Shown here in pieces: positions 19,299 through 27,282 of a stretch of DNA of 64,000 nucleotides (position 1 is its first letter; each line of letters opens with the position of its first letter). Below the pieces are notes generated by a model, which saw only the letters and a list, made by a program, of their open reading frames with translations, ran no database searches and had not been told where the DNA came from. Made by a program: the position numbers and the translations under genes. Source of the DNA: Nitrospirota bacterium (GTDB lineage Bacteria > Nitrospirota > UBA9217). The stretch spans positions 34,137-98,136 of the forward strand of contig CAVTAJ010000013.1 in NCBI GenBank assembly GCA_963732675.1. Direction: 5' to 3'.

Positions 19299-19604
19299 TT
19301 AAAATACCAGCACCCGTGCGCTGTCATGCAGCATGCCGGCGTTGTTATACTGGCTGCCGTACGATATACCCTCGGTCTTGTCATGGACCCCGACCAGCTC
19401 GCAGCTGTGGTCGCAGACCGAGATCTCGACGCCATCAACCTTGAGCACTTCTAGAAATTTCGGGTCACGGGTGAATTTCACTCCCTCGTCGGTCATGAAA
19501 ATCTGGACCGGATGCCCTGCTGCCCGGGCCGCCTTGGTAACGCCGATAATATGCTCCAGGTTCGCGTACTGTGTGACCATGATACCCAGCATTTCATTTG
19601 CCAT
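19299..19604 (-). CDS. DsrE-family sulfur-relay protein (set A)
   Basis: 101 aa. Conserved Cys in VCDHSCELVG and a GSQYNNAGM..VLVF tail. Paralog of 21302..21604. Confidence 0.8.
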   Translation of the reverse strand: MANEMLGIMVTQYANLEHIIGVTKAARAAGHPVQIFMTDEGVKFTRDPKFLEVLKVDGVEISVCDHSCELVGVHDKTEGISYGSQYNNAGMLHDSARVLVF

Positions 19605-19724
19605 AGTTACACTTCCTTTCTCGCACGATGCATTACCTTCGGATCAACTCTGTGCCAAGAACCGCATACATAAAAATTATTTCTTCGGAAGGAAAAGATA
19701 TCCGTGAAGCACCGCTGTTTGAAT

Positions 19725-19763
19725 AAAAAAATGAGCCGGGCAGAATCAGACTGCCCGGCTCAT
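19725..19763 (-). terminator. Rho-independent terminator between the tusA-like and dsrE-like genes
   Basis: 13-bp perfect stem ATGAGCCGGGCAG (19731-19743) / CTGCCCGGCTCAT (19751-19763), followed on the minus strand by T7. Confidence 0.7.
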
Positions 19764-19809
19764 GGTATGGTCGGTTTGCATAAAACCAGAGGAGCAATGC
19801 GAACGCTGC

Positions 19810-20058
19810 TTACGCTTTCTTGATATAGAGCTCCCACATGCCCTTGTCTTCGATCTTCACTGCTTCCATGGTATAATGGTTTTTCTCGCAGTAGCGAGGG
19901 ATGCTGTCCTCAGCCGATGCAGGAGCATCGCAGAGAACCTTGAGCATCTGGCCGCTTCCAAGCTTTTCCAGCGCCTTTTTGGTCAACAACAGCGGATAAG
20001 GGCAAACCCTTCCAAGCGTATCCAACGTTTCCTTCGGTGTTTCATCTTTCAGTGCCAT
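19810..20058 (-). CDS. TusA/SirA-family sulfur carrier protein
   Basis: 82 aa. LDTLGRVCPYPLLLTKKALEKL contains the CPxP active-site motif of TusA-like proteins. Confidence 0.85.
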   Translation of the reverse strand: MALKDETPKETLDTLGRVCPYPLLLTKKALEKLGSGQMLKVLCDAPASAEDSIPRYCEKNHYTMEAVKIEDKGMWELYIKKA

Positions 20059-20755
20059 GGTAATTCCTCCTCATCAATATGAGCATTAAAATTCGGGCTT
20101 TCCTATTTGCCCGTTTGTATCACATGACAATTGACGATCCCTTTTATGCATTTCATTCAGAAGGCAACTGGACAGAGACATCCGTTTTTTTACTCACCCA
20201 AGCCACAACAACAGACCGGATATCCTCCCTTTGAGGCACTTTTGAAATGCTGAGGGTATTACCTTAACAAAAACAATCTCGCCTGTCAATACTCGTTTTT
20301 GAAAAGACATCCTCGTTTATAGGATATCTGTAAAATACAGGACTATTCATACAGCCCGTTACTGGTTTGTCTATTAAAATCTTTCATTGCACCATAACAA
20401 GAGTTTATGGAAGCGCAGCTGCTCTCTGCTTGCATTTTATTTTTTTTTGTATTATGTTACTCGTGCATTCGAGTTATCATCATTTCCCCCCTAAAAAATT
20501 GATATAATAAAGCAGCTAAGAACGTTCTATCTCCTGCAACTAATTGTAACCGGCAACGCAGTCAACATGCTGGCACAATTACATATCTTTCATCGTAAGA
20601 GGCCTTCGCAGCATTAAGCAACATTTCTCAATTTCGAACAGAGGAGGTGGAATCGTTCAAATCCGATCACGCATTCTTGTTCGCAGCCATACGATCTCTT
20701 GCATACTCTTCAGAAAAATAGTGATAACGCAGAATCTGAATTTAAGGAGGGCACC

Positions 20756-21028
20756 ATGGGGAAAAAAATCGCTGTACTCGTCAGAGACCGGCAAGGCGAG
20801 GCCTTGAGGATGTCCGTGGGCATCACGCTCATGGACGACACCATTGACGTCTATGTGCTGGACCGGAAGGTGGAAAGAAACGACGACAATGATCTGAATC
20901 TCGAGACCATCAAGGACATGGACATGAAGCTTTTCACGAACTCGAAGGACAACGCGGGCATGGACTACCTATCCACGGAAGAACTGGCGCAGAAGCTCCT
21001 GGAGTACGATCATATCGTGCCATACTAA
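20756..21028 (+). CDS. DsrF/DsrH-like conserved hypothetical protein (set B, 90 aa)
   Basis: RBS AAGGAGG, then ATG 20756. KKIAVLVRDRQGEALRMSVGITLMDDTIDVYVLD.. and C-terminal QKLLEYDHIVPY. Confidence 0.7.
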   Translation: MGKKIAVLVRDRQGEALRMSVGITLMDDTIDVYVLDRKVERNDDNDLNLETIKDMDMKLFTNSKDNAGMDYLSTEELAQKLLEYDHIVPY

Positions 21029-21053
21029 CAATACCGGAACGAGGAGATGACGA

Positions 21054-21221
21054 ATGAAGATATTGCATATAGTGAAACAGGACCTTGATGCAACTGCAAA
21101 AAAGATCGTTGAAATGCACAAAAAGGGAAATGACGTTACCGTCGTGAATCTCAAGGAGAACAAGAACTACGCGCAGATCGTCGACCTTATTTTCTCCAGC
21201 GATAAAGTACTGTCCTGGTAG
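21054..21221 (+). CDS. Small DsrH-like/conserved hypothetical protein (set B, 55 aa; missing from the ORF track)
   Basis: RBS GAGGAG, then ATG 21054. MKILHIVKQDLDATAKKIVEMHKKGNDVTVVNLKENKNYAQIVDLIFSSDKVLSW, stop 21219-21221. Confidence 0.6.
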   Translation: MKILHIVKQDLDATAKKIVEMHKKGNDVTVVNLKENKNYAQIVDLIFSSDKVLSW

Positions 21222-21301
21222 GCGGGAAGTTGCAGATTGAATGGAGCATTCCGGGAACGGGCATGCTCCGGTCATAGAAAATTCGAGAGGAGGCAGCAAG
21301 C

Positions 21302-21604
21302 ATGAAACTCGGCATATTTGTGAATACCGATAAAAATCTTGATGCGGTACAGGGAATAACCAAAGCGGCACTCGCAAAAGGGCACACGGTTACCCTGTTC
21401 AACATGGATGACGGAACAAAACTCATCCATAGCCCTGTCTACGCTGAATTGTGCAAGACACCGGGCGTCACCGTGGGTTTCTGCGATCACAGCGCAACGC
21501 ACATGGGGGTCGCCTCGGAGGGTCTTTCGAAGGAGATCGTCTGCGGCAGCCAGTATAACAATGCGGTGATGCAGCACGAGGCGGACCGGGTGATAGTTCT
21601 GTAA
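21302..21604 (+). CDS. DsrE-family sulfur-relay protein (set B)
   Basis: 100 aa. FCDHSATHMG and a GSQYNNAVM..VIVL tail. RBS GAGAGGAGG lies upstream. Confidence 0.8.
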   Translation: MKLGIFVNTDKNLDAVQGITKAALAKGHTVTLFNMDDGTKLIHSPVYAELCKTPGVTVGFCDHSATHMGVASEGLSKEIVCGSQYNNAVMQHEADRVIVL

Positions 21605-21679
21605 TCGTCGTCGTAACGTTCTATCTCGGGCAAGGGCGCGAGGGATGAACATATCTATACACGTAAGGAGGAGGGGGAA

Positions 21680-22180
21680 ATGAAAAGAGTACTGGTCATA
21701 CTGTGGGTAGTGGTTCTTGCCGCGGCAATTGTTGTGCCGTTTGCGTCGGCGGCGGATGATATGGCGGCGAAGCTGAACAATGTGCTTTCAAAAGGCGCCG
21801 ACGCGAGGTTCTGGCAGGTGTCAGCCGACGATGTTCTCGCTATGATCAATGCAAAGAAGACCGATTTTGTGGTCGTCGATGCACGGCCCAATCCGGCCGA
21901 GTTCAGCGAGGGGCATATCCCGGGCGCCCTCCAGATCACGACACAGGACATGTTCAAGCCCGAAACGCTGAAGCGGCTCCCGAAGAACAAGAAGGTGATC
22001 CTCGTCTGCGTTACCGGCCAGCTCCAGAATCTTCCGGTTGTCGGTTTGCGCGCACTCGGCTACGATGCATGGTCCATGACATTCGGCTATACCGCATGGA
22101 CCAAAGGCTATCGTGGTGGCGTGAGAATGCAGGAAGCCATCCAGAACGCAGCCGATAAGAACTTCCCCGTGCAAAAATAG
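21680..22180 (+). CDS. Exported single-domain rhodanese (sulfurtransferase)
   Basis: Signal peptide MKRVLVILWVVVLAAAIVVPFASA|ADD. Rhodanese fold cues: VVDARPNPAEFSEGHIPGAL and the active-site loop VILVCVTGQLQ. Confidence 0.8.
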   Translation: MKRVLVILWVVVLAAAIVVPFASAADDMAAKLNNVLSKGADARFWQVSADDVLAMINAKKTDFVVVDARPNPAEFSEGHIPGALQITTQDMFKPETLKRLPKNKKVILVCVTGQLQNLPVVGLRALGYDAWSMTFGYTAWTKGYRGGVRMQEAIQNAADKNFPVQK

Positions 22181-22187
22181 TCCATCG

Positions 22188-22216
22188 CCCGGGAGGCATC
22201 GGCAATGCCTCCCGGG
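22188..22216 (+). terminator. Stem-loop after the rhodanese gene (no strong T-run)
   Basis: 12-bp perfect stem CCCGGGAGGCAT / ATGCCTCCCGGG with a 5-nt loop. Confidence 0.4.
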
Positions 22217-22293
22217 AGTCCTTCCGCGCCCAAAATTCTGCTTCTATTTTTCCTTAAATTCCATTATAATGTCCAATAGAGAGGAACTTCGTC

Positions 22294-22899
22294 ATGGCTT
22301 TCCATAAGATCGAAGACATGACCGTATGTCCGGAGCACATTTCGGAAGTGCGGAGCTTAAAGCATTTTGCCGCGTTTCTTTCGCGTGGTCCTGTGAATGC
22401 CGATCACCCCTCCCTGCTGCATCTCGGATCCATCCATTTGTTCCGGCTCAACAAATATCCGGAAACATACTCGCACCTCATGAAAAAGAAAGACACGGAT
22501 TATGTCGGACCGCTGGTGAATTATTTTATCGGAGAGGCGGGCCGTGTCGTCTATCTGGGTGGTGACGCGGTCAAGAATCTCTATGTCCACGGCAGGAAGC
22601 GGTATAAATCGCTCAATATTTTAGCCGTCATGCCCGGCGATGATCTTGATCGATGCTCCTGTATGATGAACAACATCATTTCCTCGAATGACGGCGCATT
22701 CTCGATAGGATTCCGCTACCGCGTGAAAAAGAACCGTCAGGAGGGATGCTTCAAGGAAGTCTCCCAGGCACGATACATCATTGAGCCGCGGCTGGAAGGC
22801 CCTGAGAAGCTTCTGTATCCATTCCGGGCATCGACCATTGAGCTGGACCTTATTTCCCCGCTCGGGTTCTCCCGCGCCTTCGGCGTTGAGGTAACATAG
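22294..22899 (+). CDS. Hypothetical protein (201 aa), no family recognised
   Basis: Open frame with a TATAAT-like box at 22264-22269 upstream. It lies 30 nt upstream of the glycosyltransferase gene, so a shared operon is likely. Confidence 0.5.
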   Translation: MAFHKIEDMTVCPEHISEVRSLKHFAAFLSRGPVNADHPSLLHLGSIHLFRLNKYPETYSHLMKKKDTDYVGPLVNYFIGEAGRVVYLGGDAVKNLYVHGRKRYKSLNILAVMPGDDLDRCSCMMNNIISSNDGAFSIGFRYRVKKNRQEGCFKEVSQARYIIEPRLEGPEKLLYPFRASTIELDLISPLGFSRAFGVEVT

Positions 22900-22929
22900 C
22901 CCTGGTAGAGGACGGCGCGGGAGATCGCC

Positions 22930-24591
22930 TTGCAGAATAGACTTGCTAATACGCTGCTCGCCGCCGCCTTTCTCATCGCCTTTGTTGCCCTTTTTCTTTT
23001 CCGCTCATTCGATAACAACACCCTTTTCAGCTGGGCATGGGTGTTCGCAGAGGTCGATGCTGCACGTATCTACTTTGCGCTCGCAGCAAGCCTGGTCCTT
23101 GCCTTTCTCCTTTCCCGTCTGTCCGTTCCGGAACGCGCTCATCTGCCGCTTCTGGCTACCCTGTCCTGTGCGGCAGCCCTGCCGTTCTGGACAGAGGCCG
23201 AACTGATCATTGACGCTTCACGGTATTTCACGCAGGCGAAGCACCTCTCGATGTATGGCGTTGCGTATTTCTTGAAGGAATGGGGTCGCTCGATCCCTGC
23301 GTGGACCGACCTGCCGATCGTTCCGTTCCTGTACGGGATGGCCTTTTCAGTGTTCGGGGAGCACAGGATTGCGATACAGCTGTTGACGACGATGCTGTTC
23401 TCGCTTACGGTGGTCCTGACCTACCTTACCGGAAAGACCCTTTGGAACAGCACCATTGGTTTTTCCGCGGCCCTCATGCTCCTCGGCTTCCCCTATCTGC
23501 TCACCCAGGTGCCGCTTATGCTCGTTGACGTGCCGACCATGTGCTTTCTCATACTCGCGGTCTATACGTTCCTGCTCGCCGTACGCTCCGGCGGCGCGGC
23601 CCGTATGGTCTGCTCCGTTGCTGCGATCGTTCTGACCGTGCTTGCCAAATACTCCGCCTGGTTCATGTTGACCGTGCTTATCGTCGTGATGGCCGTATAC
23701 GCGCGCGACCGCCGGTCCCAAGTGCGGGGAGCGGCCATTCTGCTGATCGCGGGGACTGCTTCCGGCTGCCTGCTGCTGTTGAAGTCTGATGTGGTGTCCG
23801 GACAATTAGCGCTGTTGCGCGCGTACCAGGGACCGGGGCTTGAGCGGTGGGGAGAAAGTTTTGTGTCGACCTTTCTGTTCCAGATGCACCCGATCATTAC
23901 GGTTTTCGCGCTGCTGTCCTTCGCTGTCGCGCTATTAAAACGAGACGCCCGCTTCGCGATCATCAGCTGGCTGGTCCTGCTCGTCGTCCTGTTCGGGATC
24001 CGGAGGATCCGGTATACCCTCCCCGTGTTCCCGATGGTCGCACTGATGGCCGGGTACGGCCTGCAGGTCATAACGCAGGACGACCGGAGGCGGTTCATCG
24101 CCTACGGCATCGTTTCGACATCACTCGTGATCGCCATTTTCGCGTACCTTCCGTTCGCAGAGCACATGAGCGCTGTGAACCTGAAACACGCCGGCGCCTA
24201 TCTGAACACGCTCGGCGTTGCGGATGTCGAGGTCATAACGCTTCCGCCGAAGGAACCTTTTATCAACCAGGCGATTTCCGTGCCGCTGCTCGACCTGTTC
24301 ACGAACAAGCGCATCCGCTACCGGTACGAGCCCGGGGCCTTGCCGCCGCGCGAGGAGATCGAACGCTCTTCCCTCCGCTTTACCTGGGAGTACCGGAACC
24401 CCGCTTACTATGAAGACACGCCCCCGGGAGCAGAACGTTCGGTTCTTGTCGTCATCGCCGATGCATCCGATAGTGCCATGCCGAGGTCCCTGGAGCGGAA
24501 TGGTATCCATTACGATCAGGCCAGGTTTTTCTGCATCAATGAAGCGATCTTCAAACATAACGTCGGTATCGGTATCTATCAGCCTTACTAA
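22930..24591 (+). CDS. ArnT/PMT-like (GT39/GT83-type) membrane glycosyltransferase
   Basis: 553 aa with about 12 TM segments in the N-terminal 400 aa and a soluble C-terminal domain. This architecture is typical of dolichyl/undecaprenyl-phosphate-sugar-dependent glycosyltransferases. TTG start. Confidence 0.65.
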   Translation: MQNRLANTLLAAAFLIAFVALFLFRSFDNNTLFSWAWVFAEVDAARIYFALAASLVLAFLLSRLSVPERAHLPLLATLSCAAALPFWTEAELIIDASRYFTQAKHLSMYGVAYFLKEWGRSIPAWTDLPIVPFLYGMAFSVFGEHRIAIQLLTTMLFSLTVVLTYLTGKTLWNSTIGFSAALMLLGFPYLLTQVPLMLVDVPTMCFLILAVYTFLLAVRSGGAARMVCSVAAIVLTVLAKYSAWFMLTVLIVVMAVYARDRRSQVRGAAILLIAGTASGCLLLLKSDVVSGQLALLRAYQGPGLERWGESFVSTFLFQMHPIITVFALLSFAVALLKRDARFAIISWLVLLVVLFGIRRIRYTLPVFPMVALMAGYGLQVITQDDRRRFIAYGIVSTSLVIAIFAYLPFAEHMSAVNLKHAGAYLNTLGVADVEVITLPPKEPFINQAISVPLLDLFTNKRIRYRYEPGALPPREEIERSSLRFTWEYRNPAYYEDTPPGAERSVLVVIADASDSAMPRSLERNGIHYDQARFFCINEAIFKHNVGIGIYQPY

Positions 24592-24634
24592 CACAGTTAG
24601 CACAGTTAACACAGTTAACATAGATTAACACAAT
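24585..24634. repeat. Nonamer tandem repeat (CACAGTTAA-like, 4-5 copies)
   Basis: ACACAGTTAG CACAGTTAA CACAGTTAA CATAGATTAA CACAATCC, beginning at the stop codon of the upstream gene. Confidence 0.8.
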
Positions 24635-25000
24635 CCTGTGATTGTCAGCAGCAACCCTTGTTCGAAATGAGTCTTTACCGCATCACAAGATGCGCCAGTC
24701 CATTCCTTAACACGCAATTCAATATCGTTTTATTGCTGCAATATCAAGCAATTAAGAAACATTGCCACGAAAAATAGACGCCATGAAAAATAGAGCTTGT
24801 TTTTAGTTTGAGAATTATATATAACTATGACTACGTAGAACGTTTTTATAATCCCGGATGTTTCTCCGAACATCTCATGGAAAATTGAATAAGTTTTCGA
24901 GTGATCAAACAGTGAAAGGGGGGGGAACGTCTGATGAGATCAAAGCAACTGCTTACGTGTTTCATCTTTCAAACTATTTTTTATAGGGGGGAATAGTATT

Positions 25001-26419
25001 ATGGAAGAGAGAAAAAATCAGATAAAGGCCTTCGCGGTACTGGGCATGATGATCCTCATCAGCCTCCTGTACTACAAGGCAAATGTATACTACATGTACC
25101 TGGTCGTATACATCTGGTTCGGTCTTGCTTATGGCATGATGCTTCAGTACGGCAGATTCTGTTTCGCGTCGGCGTCCCGGGACCTGTTTGCCGCCGGAGT
25201 CCCGAGAATGGCCGTCGGCATCCTGATCGCGCTCATCTTTTTCAGCGCAATCCAGGCAACACTCGCGGCTACCAACATGAGCACTTTCCATCCGGCTCCG
25301 TTCGGCATCCACACACTGATCTCGGGGATGATTTTCGGGGTCGGGATGGTCCTTGCCGGCGGATGTGCCTCGGGATCTCTGTATAAGATCGGCGAAGGCA
25401 ACGGCACGTCGATCCTGTCCATCCTCGGAATATCCTTCGGTCAGGCGATCTTTGTTGACGTCGGCGGTCCATTCCTGAAACTGGTACCCGATTCCTGGAT
25501 GGCATCCACCGCGGCAAAGCACCTTCCTGCCGACAAGGTCACCTCCTGGTTCGACTACTACCTCACCGGGTACGTCTGGGACAAACCCTCTATTCAGCTT
25601 TCACACACGGCGATATTCTCAAATGCCCTCCCGGGCGCCTCAAAATACTTCATCGCCGATGCGCTCATCAGCGCTATCATTCCCGCCCTTGTGCTGATCA
25701 TCGTCATCTATGCCTTCTACATCCGGAAAGGGTTCATCAAAAAGCGGTCAAAACAAACCGGTAAACCAGCCGGCCTTTCTGACCATTTCGCCGGGATGTG
25801 GAGCATGCTGACAGCGTCCAAGCGGACCTCTATCATGGGTGTCATCATCGGCATCACCGCCGGACTTCACATCTTCGTCATGAAGGGTATGCAGATCAAA
25901 TTCGGCGTCACCAATTTCGGAACACTCCTCACGAAGATGGGGCATGCCGCGGACACCAGCATCCGGGGCACGGTATTCGACCCCGGCTACTGGTATATCA
26001 CGACCCAGGAAGGCCAGTTCGGCGCATGGGTCCTTGACAAGCTCGGGTGGAACATGCGGGACAACGTGTTCTTCGGCATCAACAACGGCATCCCCGTGCT
26101 CTGGCACAACCCCGCCCTCTGGATGTCCTTCGGCATCATTTTCGGCGCCATGATCATGGCGCTGATGAGCAAGGAGTTCAAGTTCAAGCTGCCGAAAGGC
26201 GAACTGATCGTATGGGGCCTGTTGGGCGGCACGCTGATGGGACTGGGCTCCCGTCCCGCGCTCGGCTGCAACATCGGCGCCTTTTTCATCCGCGTAGCGG
26301 GCGGCGATCCCAGCGGCTGGCTGTATGGCATCGGCATGGTGACCGGCGCGTTTGCGGGTGTCAAGTTCTTCAACTGGTGGTCAGAGAGAAAGATGGCGGC
26401 TGAGATGGCGGATTTTTAA
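25001..26419 (+). CDS. YeeE/YedE-family sulfur-compound (thiosulfate-type) transporter, long form
   Basis: Family Cys motifs GRFCFASASRD, LAGGCASGSLYKIGEG and LGCNIGAF. At 472 aa it is longer than the second copy in this window (366 aa from M22), owing to central insertions. Confidence 0.85.
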   Translation: MEERKNQIKAFAVLGMMILISLLYYKANVYYMYLVVYIWFGLAYGMMLQYGRFCFASASRDLFAAGVPRMAVGILIALIFFSAIQATLAATNMSTFHPAPFGIHTLISGMIFGVGMVLAGGCASGSLYKIGEGNGTSILSILGISFGQAIFVDVGGPFLKLVPDSWMASTAAKHLPADKVTSWFDYYLTGYVWDKPSIQLSHTAIFSNALPGASKYFIADALISAIIPALVLIIVIYAFYIRKGFIKKRSKQTGKPAGLSDHFAGMWSMLTASKRTSIMGVIIGITAGLHIFVMKGMQIKFGVTNFGTLLTKMGHAADTSIRGTVFDPGYWYITTQEGQFGAWVLDKLGWNMRDNVFFGINNGIPVLWHNPALWMSFGIIFGAMIMALMSKEFKFKLPKGELIVWGLLGGTLMGLGSRPALGCNIGAFFIRVAGGDPSGWLYGIGMVTGAFAGVKFFNWWSERKMAAEMADF

Positions 26420-26476
26420 TGGAAATCCGGTAACCACACTATATAACCTACAATTACTAAAAGGAGGCTCTTTGTC

Positions 26477-26728
26477 ATGGCAATGAAATTTGAAAAAAAA
26501 GGTGAAGGTGTCTTTGCGCTCGATGTGTGCGGCTATGTGTGCCCCCATCCCCAGATCTATTGCAAGAAGTCGCTGGAGAAGATAGCGGAGGGTGAGGTGC
26601 TCGAGATGACCTTCGACAATCCCTCATCGGCGGAAACGATCCTACAGATGCTCGATCAGGCCGGTCATGAACTGATGGAGAAGAAGAACGAAGGCGGGAA
26701 AATCGTCTTCAAGATCAAAAAGGGCTAA
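26477..26728 (+). CDS. TusA/YeeD-like sulfur carrier protein
   Basis: 83 aa. LDVCGYVCPHPQIYCKKSLEKI has the CPxP motif. It lies immediately downstream of yeeE-like, as in YeeE/YeeD pairs. Confidence 0.85.
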   Translation: MAMKFEKKGEGVFALDVCGYVCPHPQIYCKKSLEKIAEGEVLEMTFDNPSSAETILQMLDQAGHELMEKKNEGGKIVFKIKKG

Positions 26729-26760
26729 GAAGCCCTCCGATCCAATTTCAAGGAGGCTAT

Positions 26761-27147
26761 ATGAAAGCACCACTGACAATCCTTATTGCGATCATGGTGT
26801 GCATTATCGGTTTTCTGGTGATTTACAGCCAACAGCGTGAGACGATTGCAACAGCCGCGCCTGCCCAGGCAGGCTCAGGCGGTTATGGTTCATCGCCTGC
26901 TGCACCGGCATCAGGCGGCTATGGTGCCTCACCGGCTGCTCACGCGGCAGGCGGCTACGGCGCTGCACCGGCGGCTCCCGCGGCAGGCGGCTACGGTGCT
27001 GCACCGGCGGCTCCCGCGGCAGGCGGCTACGGTGCTGCACCGGCGGCTCCCGCTGCGGGTGGATACGGTGCTGCACCGGCTGCTCCCGCGGCAGGCGGCT
27101 ACGGTGCTGCTCCGGCGGCTCCCGCTGCGGGTGGATACGGAAAATAG
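26761..27147 (+). CDS. Membrane-anchored Gly-Tyr/Ala-Pro tandem-repeat protein
   Basis: RBS AAGGAGG. N-terminal TM helix LTILIAIMVCIIGFLVIY, then about 8 copies of (A/S)GGYG(A/S)(A/S)PAAPA. The protein ends with GGYGK. Confidence 0.7.
   Translation: MKAPLTILIAIMVCIIGFLVIYSQQRETIATAAPAQAGSGGYGSSPAAPASGGYGASPAAHAAGGYGAAPAAPAAGGYGAAPAAPAAGGYGAAPAAPAAGGYGAAPAAPAAGGYGAAPAAPAAGGYGK
26866..27141 (+). repeat. 36-bp in-frame tandem repeat (about 7.5 copies)
   Basis: The unit GCGGCAGGCGGCTACGGTGCTGCACCGGCGGCTCCC is repeated with few substitutions and encodes AAGGYGAAPAAP. Confidence 0.9.
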
Positions 27148-27282
27148 TACCCGCGTGACCAAAGCGCCGTACTGTTTACAGCATGAGCGGGCATCCCCTG
27201 CTGAAAAACGGGCATCTGCTTCTTGATTGATGCGATGAATGGTGAGCGCTTTGAATCGGCACCATCGTAAAAGGAGACAAGC

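Noticed and set aside
20560-20595. TGGCAC at ~20570, and GGCAC at ~20235, as sigma54 -24 elements for the sulfur-relay operons
   Set aside because: The required -12 TTGC is missing (CATAT instead) or wrongly spaced (GG to GC distance 14 instead of 12). No convincing RpoN promoter could be identified by eye anywhere near the activator gene.
26866-27141. Regular 36-bp repeat array considered as a possible CRISPR
   Set aside because: The units are directly contiguous with no spacers. The array is in-frame inside an ORF with an RBS and a TM anchor, and no cas genes are nearby. It is a coding tandem repeat.
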